The notes under the pieces were generated by a model. It made no database searches. It was not told the origin of the DNA and was given only the letters and a program-made list of their open reading frames with translations. 60,664 nucleotides of DNA, taken from the NCBI GenBank assembly GCA_027623815.1, contig JAQBUV010000005.1, positions 1 to 60,664 of the forward strand, written 5' to 3'. The stretch is from Chloroflexota bacterium (GTDB lineage: Bacteria; Chloroflexota; Dehalococcoidia; Lucifugimonadales; UBA3495). Below are positions 20,949 through 28,729 of this stretch, piece after piece. Position 1 is the stretch's first letter; every line of letters begins with the position of its first letter. A program made the translations under genes and the position numbers.

Positions 20949-21584
20949 TCACGCACGCCCAGTCTCGTTGGCCGGGTCCATTGCTGGGATTCCTTGGTCG
21001 GTTTCCTTGCTCGGGTTCCAGGGTGTGTAATCGATTTGATCCATGAGATGAGTAGACTTCTGGATCTGCTCTGCAATCTTGGCGTCCCATTCCTGGTTCC
21101 ACGCGGCGGGTATCATCCGGCGGGCCTCGGGCCACCAGAGAGGTTCGCTCTCGCTAACCGTCCCGCCGTCAACCACCTCGCCCAAGAAGCAGGTCATATC
21201 GCCGCCATCCATTGCGTTAATTACCCGGCAGTCCAGATAGCCCCAACAGTTCTGCAGGATTGGGCTGCCAGTTAGGCCACTTCTGTGAGCGACTTCTGAC
21301 AACTTGTCCCCATCAAGACCGCTAACCAGCCCGAAGTCTTTAATCAACTGAAGCTGGTCTGGCCGCAGGAAATTCAGCGCCAAGGCTCCACTGTGCTGGA
21401 TCAACTCCCAACTGTAGTTCGCTTTGTAAATTTGGATCACCACTCTCGGCTTCTCCGGGACAACCGAGGCCGCCCCGACCGAGACCGCAATTTGGGCGTT
21501 GGTCTTGCCTTGCCACTGACTGGTGACCGCCACAATCGGCGACCACAGTTGGCCCATCATCGCCGAAATAGGTGCAGAATCCAC
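20949..21584 (-). CDS. Flavin reductase-like (split-barrel FMN-binding) protein
   Basis: VAVTSQ..GKTNAQIAVS, ALNFL, FGLVSG..DKL, GSPIL, LDCRV...GGDMTCFLGEVV. Confidence 0.85.
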   Translation of the reverse strand: MDSAPISAMMGQLWSPIVAVTSQWQGKTNAQIAVSVGAASVVPEKPRVVIQIYKANYSWELIQHSGALALNFLRPDQLQLIKDFGLVSGLDGDKLSEVAHRSGLTGSPILQNCWGYLDCRVINAMDGGDMTCFLGEVVDGGTVSESEPLWWPEARRMIPAAWNQEWDAKIAEQIQKSTHLMDQIDYTPWNPSKETDQGIPAMDPANETGRA

Positions 21585-21852
21585 TTGTCTCCCTTCCGCC
21601 AGTCATCGGCTGGAATCGCCTGATTAGATGATCACCGAGTTTAGCATTCCTGGTGATCTGGGTCTACTCAGACGCAGACAAAATCGTTCACGAATTTTTC
21701 ACACCTATCCTATTTCATTATGTTAATGTTGTTCATGAATAAACGGTGGTTTATAAAGGGAACAATATCCCTTCACATTATTCCTTCAGAGATTAGTAAC
21801 CCGGTTCAGCCTAACAACCAGATTGAGACGACCAAAGGGGCAGAGTATACAT

Positions 21853-22185
21853 ATGTCCAGAGGCCGCAAGACCAATCTCAGCATTCAACTGACCCCAGCA
21901 GAACGCACAGTGTTGGAGTCTTGGCAACGTTCAACCAGCATCCGAGCCGGCCTGGTCAGAAGAGGCCATATAATACTAATGCTGGCCGATGGCGAATCGA
22001 TTTCTCATATTGCCCGTACGGTGAGCATACGACGCCGGTTCATTTACAAATGGGTAGAGCGCTTCAGCGAGCAGCGGCTAGCCGGGCTGGTGGACAAACC
22101 CGGTAGAGGCAAAGCTGCTGCCACAACAGCGGTAGCAGTTAACCCCAAGCAGGACTTGGTGGCCGATTCCACCATCAGCCGTTAA
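21853..22185 (+). CDS. Stand-alone helix-turn-helix protein resembling the IS630 transposase N-terminal DNA-binding domain
   Basis: LTPAER..LESW.RS....AGLVRRG.IIL.LADG.S...IAR......KWV.RF......GL.DKPGRG; no DDE domain follows. ATG 21853 preferred over TTG 21823. Confidence 0.7.
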   Translation: MSRGRKTNLSIQLTPAERTVLESWQRSTSIRAGLVRRGHIILMLADGESISHIARTVSIRRRFIYKWVERFSEQRLAGLVDKPGRGKAAATTAVAVNPKQDLVADSTISR

Positions 22186-22209
22186 ATATTAGCTCCCACA
22201 TGATAACTC

Positions 22210-23283
22210 CTACCAATCAGGCGAGTGTTCCTCAGCGTTGTTGTTGGTTAGACGCTGCTGATTGCTTCCGTCAGCATCCGTCACGAAAATTTCCCCCGGC
22301 CCATAGAGATACGAGACAAAGGCGATTTTCCGGCCATCCGGCGACCAGACCGGGTCGAGATCGTCCTGTCGATTGTTGGTCAGCCGTTGTTGTCTAGCCC
22401 CGTCGGCACGCATGGTGTAAATTTCGGCGTTACCGTCGCGGTAAGAAACGAAGGCCAGCAATTTGCTGTCCGGAGACCAGTCCGGAGACGCGTCCGACTC
22501 AGGCACTTGGGTCAGACGTAATTCTTGAACCGGGTCACGCCACGTACCCGGGTTAGATTTTGCCACTAAATAGATATCTACATTGTCATCTTTAGTGCGT
22601 ACGAAGGCGATTCGCTCTCCATCGGGAGACCAAACAGCTTCGGTGTCCCTCCCCTGAGTCAACTGGATCAGGTTAACGCCGCTGGGATTTCGCAGCCACA
22701 AGCCTGGCTCCGAGTTAGCGTCGGTGGCGTAGAACACCAGCCACTCCCCATCGGGAGACCAATCTCCCAAGCGGTCTTGCGCCTGGTTGAAAGTGATTCG
22801 GGTGGGATTGCCGCGATTGGGTTCCAGCACATACAGCTCCGGGTTACTCGCTCCAGAAATACTCTCACGCTGAGACACAAAGGCCAGCCGGTCGCCGTTG
22901 GGAGACCATGCCGCGCTGTCGTTCGCGTTGATGCGCTCGCCCCGGGTCAAACGAGTCTTTGCCTCGCCATTGCGGTTGATTTGATTGATCTCCAGGTTGC
23001 GGGACTCATCGGTCAGGTAAGCGATTTTTTCTCGGTCGTCAGACCAAATCGGGCTGAAATCCTGCGCACTGTTATTGGTAAGCTGGATGGCGTTACCGCT
23101 ACCCATATCCAGCAGAAATATTTCCTGGTCACCATCAGATTCAGAAACAAAGATGATCTGCTGTTCAGTAGATGAAGAGCATGCCATCAGCAATAACACA
23201 AACCATGCCAGCCCTACCAAAGTAATCCAATAGAAGGCTTTTTTCCAGACTGATTGCATTCTTTCACCCATGAACCCACCCAT
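22210..23283 (-). CDS. PD40/TolB-like beta-propeller lipoprotein
   Basis: Lipobox LLMAC after a hydrophobic stretch; repeated P.WSPDG..IAFVS.RDG..EIY motifs. Confidence 0.85.
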   Translation of the reverse strand: MGGFMGERMQSVWKKAFYWITLVGLAWFVLLLMACSSSTEQQIIFVSESDGDQEIFLLDMGSGNAIQLTNNSAQDFSPIWSDDREKIAYLTDESRNLEINQINRNGEAKTRLTRGERINANDSAAWSPNGDRLAFVSQRESISGASNPELYVLEPNRGNPTRITFNQAQDRLGDWSPDGEWLVFYATDANSEPGLWLRNPSGVNLIQLTQGRDTEAVWSPDGERIAFVRTKDDNVDIYLVAKSNPGTWRDPVQELRLTQVPESDASPDWSPDSKLLAFVSYRDGNAEIYTMRADGARQQRLTNNRQDDLDPVWSPDGRKIAFVSYLYGPGEIFVTDADGSNQQRLTNNNAEEHSPDW

Positions 23284-23430
23284 GAAACCGTTTATCGCCC
23301 ATACGCCGGGGCATTATCAACATGGAGACTCTCCACTAAGGGCGATTATAGTTAAACCTACTGTACCCATCCCTTCACCGTATTTTCCATTTGTCAGCAA
23401 ATAGTGCAAGTTTGCAAGTGGCGGTTATTC

Positions 23431-23459
23431 TTGACAACCTGTCGGGGCTTCTTTAGCAT
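23431..23459 (+). promoter_or_regulatory. Sigma70-type promoter of the amidohydrolase gene
   Basis: TTGACA (23431-36), 17 nt, TAGCAT (23454-59). Confidence 0.6.
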
Positions 23460-23524
23460 CATTTTAACTTGAGCGTGAACTTGAACGAAGATTGCTCAAA
23501 TTTGGCGAGGGTGGAGGTGTTTTT

Positions 23525-24772
23525 ATGAAAGCCCTGATTGGAGCGAAACTAATTGACGGCACCGGTGGCCCGGTGATTGACGATGCCACGGTGCTCATTG
23601 ACGAGCCGCACATCGTCGAGGCTGGCCCCCGGGCGGCGGTGATGATTCCCGCCGATACTGAAATCATCGATGTGTCAGGCATGACCTTGATGCCCGGGCT
23701 GATCGACTGCCACGACCACCTGGCCTCCAAAGGCTACGATTTGGCCAGCCGTTGGGGACTGAATGAACCTATATCGCTGCGGCATTTGCGCACCGCCTAT
23801 GTCCTGGCCCAAACGCTGGCCGCCGGATACACTTGTGTGCGTGACGCTGGGGGCTTGGATGTTGGATTCAAGATGGCGGTGGAAGAAGGGCTATACCCGG
23901 GGCCAAGGCTGGTCAACTCCATCAGCATCATATCTCCCACCGGCGGTCTGGACGACCGGGTTAGCGGCTCAGGACATGCCCACGCGCATAACGACCCCCG
24001 GCTGCCTTCTGGAGTCGCCGACGGGGTGGACGCCGTGCGTACGAAAGTTCGTGAAATGGTCCGGGTCGGCGCCGACGTGATCAAGTTCGCCACCACCGGC
24101 GGCGCTAGTTCCCGGCCGGGACACGGCCCCAAAGACATCGAATACACGCCCGAGGAGGTCAAGGCGCTGGTGGCCGAGGCTCGCTCGCTGGGCCGCAACA
24201 CCATGTGCCATGCCGTGGGTGGTCAGGGACTGCGGAACGCAATTGAAGCTGGCGTCGGCTCAATTGAGCACGGGTGCTATCTGGCCGAAGACCCAGACCT
24301 GGCCAAAATGATGGCCGACCAGGGTATTTTTCTGGTGCCCACCTTTGAAGTCTACGAGTATCATTCCACGGTCAGCGCGCCGCACATGCAGGAACGGGCC
24401 AGGTCTTTAATGGAGATTCATAGAGAGAGCATGCATCAGGCCCTGGCCGCTGGCGTCAAAGTGGTGGCCGGAACTGACGCGGGCGGTTTTGTCCACGGCG
24501 ACAATGCCCGCGAGATCGAACTGCTGGTAGAACGGGGAATGTCCCCAATGCAAGCAATTCAGGCCGCCACCGGCTGGGCCGCCGAATGTGTTGGTCTGGA
24601 CAAAGAAATCGGCACCATTCAGAAGGGCAAGCTAGCCGACTTGCTGGTGCTGGACGGCGACCCGCTCAAAGACATCACCATTGTCCGAGACCAGGACCGA
24701 ATGATGCTGGTTATGAAGGGCGGTCAAGTCTTTGTTGACCTGCTGCCGATGGGAGAGCCTCTGGCGGTGTAG
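23525..24772 (+). CDS. Metal-dependent amidohydrolase (Xaa-Pro dipeptidase-like subgroup)
   Basis: [38 protein letters not shown] 23525 follows GGAGGT. Confidence 0.9.
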   Translation: MKALIGAKLIDGTGGPVIDDATVLIDEPHIVEAGPRAAVMIPADTEIIDVSGMTLMPGLIDCHDHLASKGYDLASRWGLNEPISLRHLRTAYVLAQTLAAGYTCVRDAGGLDVGFKMAVEEGLYPGPRLVNSISIISPTGGLDDRVSGSGHAHAHNDPRLPSGVADGVDAVRTKVREMVRVGADVIKFATTGGASSRPGHGPKDIEYTPEEVKALVAEARSLGRNTMCHAVGGQGLRNAIEAGVGSIEHGCYLAEDPDLAKMMADQGIFLVPTFEVYEYHSTVSAPHMQERARSLMEIHRESMHQALAAGVKVVAGTDAGGFVHGDNAREIELLVERGMSPMQAIQAATGWAAECVGLDKEIGTIQKGKLADLLVLDGDPLKDITIVRDQDRMMLVMKGGQVFVDLLPMGEPLAV

Positions 24773-24837
24773 GCCAAAAAGCAGATTGCCGCCAACCAAT
24801 CTATAGACCTACCGGTTCCCTGCTGTATCATGCAAAC

Positions 24838-25599
24838 ATGAAGTTTCACGTACTAACCCTGTTCCCAGAGGCTTTCTCTGGCCCTATGCAACACAGCATG
24901 TTGGGCCGCGCTCAGGAACGGGGGTTGATCTCGATACAGCTAACCGACATTCGTGACCATGCCCACGATGCCCACAACACTGCCGACGATTACCAATTTG
25001 GCGGCGGTTTCGGCATGGTGATGAAGCCAGAGCCAATATTTGAGGCCGTGGAGGATGTATTGTCCTCCCGTTCCCAAGAGGAGCGTCGGGACATACCAGT
25101 GATCCTGATGTCACCCCAGGGTGAAACCCTCGATCAAGAGATGGTTGAAGAGTTAGCCCACGAAGGTGAATTGGTTCTGATTTGCGGCCATTACGCGGGC
25201 GTGGACGAACGGGTCCGAGAACACTTGATCACCCGAGAAGTGAGCATCGGCGACTACGTGCTCACCGGCGGCGAGTTGGCGGCTATGGTGCTGATCGACG
25301 CGGTGTCCCGGTTTATCGACGGCGTGGTTGGCTCTCAGGAAAACGTTCTGGAGGACTCAATCACCTGCGGGCTGCTGCAACACCCGCTGTACACCCGTCC
25401 GGCTGATTTTCGCGAGTTCTCAGTGCCGGAAATCCTCCGCTCTGGGCATCACGCCGAGATCGAGCGGTGGCGGCGGCTTCAATCGCTTCGGATAACCCTG
25501 GAGAAGCGCCCCGACTTGCTGTCCACCGCTGATCTTACGTTAAATGACCTGGCGTTCCTGCAATCGCTGGGATGGCCCCCGCCGGAATCCCCGGAATAA
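24838..25599 (+). CDS. trmD: tRNA (guanine37-N1)-methyltransferase
   Basis: [59 protein letters not shown]. Confidence 0.97.
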   Translation: MKFHVLTLFPEAFSGPMQHSMLGRAQERGLISIQLTDIRDHAHDAHNTADDYQFGGGFGMVMKPEPIFEAVEDVLSSRSQEERRDIPVILMSPQGETLDQEMVEELAHEGELVLICGHYAGVDERVREHLITREVSIGDYVLTGGELAAMVLIDAVSRFIDGVVGSQENVLEDSITCGLLQHPLYTRPADFREFSVPEILRSGHHAEIERWRRLQSLRITLEKRPDLLSTADLTLNDLAFLQSLGWPPPESPE

Positions 25600-25607
25600 G
25601 CAGGACT

Positions 25608-26087
25608 ATGCCCAGATCCGATTTCAAATTCCATACTGTGGTCAGGGTGCGCTGGATGGACTGCGACGCCCAGGGTATTGTCTTCAATGGCGCGTACATG
25701 GGCTACCTGGAAATCGCCCAGGCCGAATACTTCCGCACCCTGGGGTTCAGCATCTACAAGATTGCGCAGCGAGGATACTTTGACAGCGCGGTGGTCAAGG
25801 CCACCCTGGAATTCAAAGCCCCGGCCCGTATCGACGAACTGTTGGAACTGCACGCCCGGGTCTCCCGCATTGGCAACACCAGCCTGACCCTTGACGTGGA
25901 GATTTACCAGCCGGACTCGGAGAGGCTGCTCAGCGCAATCCAAGCGGTGTACGTGGGCTTTTACCCGGAGACTCTGGCTACCCGACCGGTGCCGGGGGAG
26001 ATTCGCGCTCTAGTAGGCCATTTTGAGGCTAGCGGAGAGATTCTGCCTTTGGCGGAGTTCCCGGCGCTGGCTGAAGCGGCAACTTAG
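25608..26087 (+). CDS. Acyl-CoA thioesterase (YbgC/FadM hotdog family)
   Basis: VRVRWMDCDAQGIVFNGAYMGYLE, FKAPARIDE, RIGNTS. ATG 25608 lies just after the trmD stop. Confidence 0.88.
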   Translation: MPRSDFKFHTVVRVRWMDCDAQGIVFNGAYMGYLEIAQAEYFRTLGFSIYKIAQRGYFDSAVVKATLEFKAPARIDELLELHARVSRIGNTSLTLDVEIYQPDSERLLSAIQAVYVGFYPETLATRPVPGEIRALVGHFEASGEILPLAEFPALAEAAT

Positions 26088-26158
26088 AATCGCTTCGCTC
26101 GGCGTAGCAGAGAGGCCTTGGCAGAGGGATAAAAGTCCGAAGAGGAAGAAAGCGGCGG

Positions 26159-27076
26159 TTAGGCCATGAATACCGGGGCCTCATCTCGATTGACCCGATT
26201 TTCATTTTGCATGCTCTGTCGTAGGAATTTGGGCAAGCTGAACATATTGGTGTGAGATTCGCCGTCATAGAACTTTAGCGGCTTGTTCACCCGCTGGGCG
26301 ATTAATCCGTCCAATTTTTCTGGTTCATCAAGTTTGGGCAACTCGGCATCCGACGCGATGTTAAAGCCCCACAATGTTTGGAATGCCGGGATGTGAACTT
26401 GACATCCTCTAACATTATTGAACACTCCCTGGAGAGTGTTGTGTATCGTCGTAAAGCATTCCTGGTGCGCCAGCAAGCCAGCCGGGCCAGACTGAGTCAC
26501 CAGAATGCCGCCAGGATTCAACTTTGACTTGGCAATTCGGTAATACTGGTCGGTGTAGAGCAGATATGCGGTGCCGCCCTCCAGGGGATCAACCAAGTCC
26601 ATAACCATCACGTCGAACTGCTGGGGGCAATTCTCCAGGTAGGCCCGGGCATCCTGATGCAGTAGTTCCACCCGCGGATCGTCGAAGCTGCCCTGGTGGT
26701 GTTGGGGTAAATAGCGGCGGCACAAGTCCACCACCTCCTGGTCCAAGTCCAGCATTACCACCCGCTCCACAGATTTATGAGACAGCACCTCTCTAAGAGT
26801 GCCGCCCTCCCCGCCGCCGCCAATAAACACCGTGCGAGGTTGCGGGTGCATCAGCATAGCGGGTTGCACCAACCCTTCATGGTAGATGTGCTCATCCCTC
26901 TCGGTAGACTGGGTCTTGCCGTCCAGCACCAGGCTGCGTCCAAAGACCACCGACTCCAGAACTTCCACGTTCTGATACTCGGTTTTACCGGAGTAGAGCA
27001 CCTTTTGCACCCGGAGCATCATCACCAGATCGGGGAAGACAGTTTCCAGATACCATTTGCCAGATATTTCGTCCAT
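26159..27076 (-). CDS. speE: Polyamine aminopropyltransferase (spermidine synthase family, GGGEG type)
   Basis: LDGKTQS...DE.IYHE.LV.PAM, IGGGEGGTLRE, MDLVDP; directly downstream of speD. Confidence 0.92.
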   Translation of the reverse strand: MDEISGKWYLETVFPDLVMMLRVQKVLYSGKTEYQNVEVLESVVFGRSLVLDGKTQSTERDEHIYHEGLVQPAMLMHPQPRTVFIGGGGEGGTLREVLSHKSVERVVMLDLDQEVVDLCRRYLPQHHQGSFDDPRVELLHQDARAYLENCPQQFDVMVMDLVDPLEGGTAYLLYTDQYYRIAKSKLNPGGILVTQSGPAGLLAHQECFTTIHNTLQGVFNNVRGCQVHIPAFQTLWGFNIASDAELPKLDEPEKLDGLIAQRVNKPLKFYDGESHTNMFSLPKFLRQSMQNENRVNRDEAPVFMA

Positions 27077-27096
27077 TACTTCTTCAACCAGCTTGA

Positions 27097-27462
27097 CTAG
27101 TGGGAAGTCGCCTTGATCAACAGACCGCGAGGGACTTCGGTTATATCCTGGTCTTTGGACTCCAGCCGCTCAATCAAAATTTCGGCAGCCTCCATCGGAT
27201 GGAACGACGACCCGCAGGTGAATATGTCTGCCGCCGCGTAACCGTACTCAGGCCAAGTGTGTATAGAGATATGAGACTCAGCAATAGACAGGATACCGGT
27301 TACACCTTGGGGACTGAATTGGTGAAACGACTCACCGACCACGTGGGCGCCGATGTCTTCGGCGGCTTGTAGCATAGAAGTGCGGACATATTCCAGATCA
27401 TTAAGAAGCTGGGGGTTACATTCTTTCAGTTCCAGCAGAACATGCTTTCCTAGTACATTCAA
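27097..27462 (-). CDS. speD: S-adenosylmethionine decarboxylase proenzyme (short pyruvoyl type)
   Basis: HQFSPQGVTG...IAESHISIHTWPEYGYAAADIFTCG with the E-S autocleavage site; TTG start 8 nt after GGAGG. Confidence 0.92.
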   Translation of the reverse strand: MNVLGKHVLLELKECNPQLLNDLEYVRTSMLQAAEDIGAHVVGESFHQFSPQGVTGILSIAESHISIHTWPEYGYAAADIFTCGSSFHPMEAAEILIERLESKDQDITEVPRGLLIKATSH

Positions 27463-27727
27463 TCACCCGCCCTCCAATTAGATTGGGATAGCCCTGAATT
27501 CGGCAAGACACCAATTGTATATGCACAGTAGTAGGGAAGCAAGACCCAATCGTTCCCATTTGCCCCGTGCATATCCGAGACAACAATGAGCACACCAACG
27601 ACTGCCAATATACACCGATAGAACCCAGGTAGAATGCACCCCAAATTAAACTAATGCGCCGGAAGCATTGGCCCGACACGCGACCATTGACTGACGGTAG
27701 CCGCCTCGATACAATCAGAGGCACTTT

Positions 27728-28423
27728 ATGGCCCGCTTGTTTGACCTCCACATCCACACCACCAAGGGAAGCGCTGACAGCAGCCTCTCCCCGGAAGACC
27801 TGATTCTTGAAGCTGAACGGCTTGGCCTGCGCGGACTTTGCATCACCGAGCACAGCGGCCCCTGGGATCGGCACGAATTTGAGCGGTTCGCCAGCCGCCA
27901 CAATGTGGTCTTAGTACGAGCAATGGAAGCGGACACCGACCTGGGCCATATGCTGGCTTTTGGGATTGACCGCTATCAGTCGGGGTTCAACAAAGCTGAG
28001 GAACTCTGCCGGGCGGCCAACGCCGTCGGTGGGTTCGTAGTCAGCGCCCATCCCTTCCGGGGCGTGCTGGGACAACACATGCGGGAGCGTCCCTACCTTT
28101 ATCGAACTCAGCCCGACCCACTGCCCAAGGTACCCAGCGACGCGCTAGACCACCCGGTGTTCAAGCTGGCCCACGCGGTTGAGGTCGCCAACGGCGGCAC
28201 CTCCGATGATGAAAATCGCTTTGCCATGCAGGTAGCCGGACTACTGAAAATTCCTTTGACCGGCGGCAGCGATGCCCATTCCACCCACGGCTTGGGCAAG
28301 TTCGTGACCGCCTTTCGGGATGAAATTAACACTGAGGCTGAGTTTCTGAAAGGTCTGCACAGCGGGACATTCTATCCGGCGGTTGGCCTTCGTGAAGGTA
28401 ACCTGCGGCCCTATACCGGGTAG
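27728..28423 (+). CDS. PHP domain metal-dependent phosphoesterase
   Basis: DLHIHT, ITEH, AHPFR, EVANG, GGSDAHS. Confidence 0.9.
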   Translation: MARLFDLHIHTTKGSADSSLSPEDLILEAERLGLRGLCITEHSGPWDRHEFERFASRHNVVLVRAMEADTDLGHMLAFGIDRYQSGFNKAEELCRAANAVGGFVVSAHPFRGVLGQHMRERPYLYRTQPDPLPKVPSDALDHPVFKLAHAVEVANGGTSDDENRFAMQVAGLLKIPLTGGSDAHSTHGLGKFVTAFRDEINTEAEFLKGLHSGTFYPAVGLREGNLRPYTG

Positions 28424-28496
28424 TGAGTACTTGGAGTTCACAGCTGGCTTAAACCGCCACGTATACAGCGGTGGATTGTTGAAATCCGGGACTTAA

Positions 28497-28633
28497 GAAT
28501 CTATCTCAAAACTCTGGGTATTATACTCTGAGTATTTCTGGGAAATAATCCTTCGACAAGCTCAGGATGAGCGGATTAGGGAGCCAGCCCCCGCTCGTAT
28601 TGAGCCTGTCGCACCACGTTTTGAGATAATTAC
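28497..28633. mobile_element. 137-bp MITE-like element enclosing a REP-like inverted pair
   Basis: 16-bp imperfect TIRs GAATCTATCTCAAAAC (28497-28512) / GTTTTGAGATAATTAC (28618-28633), 13/16 match, with TAA on both flanks. The internal CTTCGACAAGCTCAGGATGAGCGG...CCGCTCGTATTGAGCCTGTCG pair is related to the copy at 55098-55240. Confidence 0.65.
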
Positions 28634-28729
28634 TAAGCCAGCCTGAGAATCCTCTTTGGGAATACTTGGGAGCACAAAATAATAAACGCGGAATTTCCGC
28701 CCGGACGGGTTTAGGGAAGGTGGTGGGCT

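Noticed and set aside
21853-22185. Intact IS630 insertion sequence
   Set aside because: No DDE domain or room for one, and no terminal inverted repeats seen
22210-23283. tolB of a Tol-Pal system
   Set aside because: Only the propeller repeats and a lipobox are present; no TolB N-domain and no tolQRA or pal nearby
27459-27471. Similarity of the uORF end (RAGD) to the mammalian AdoMetDC uORF MAGDIS
   Set aside because: These residues are dictated by the SD and spacer sequence; most likely coincidence
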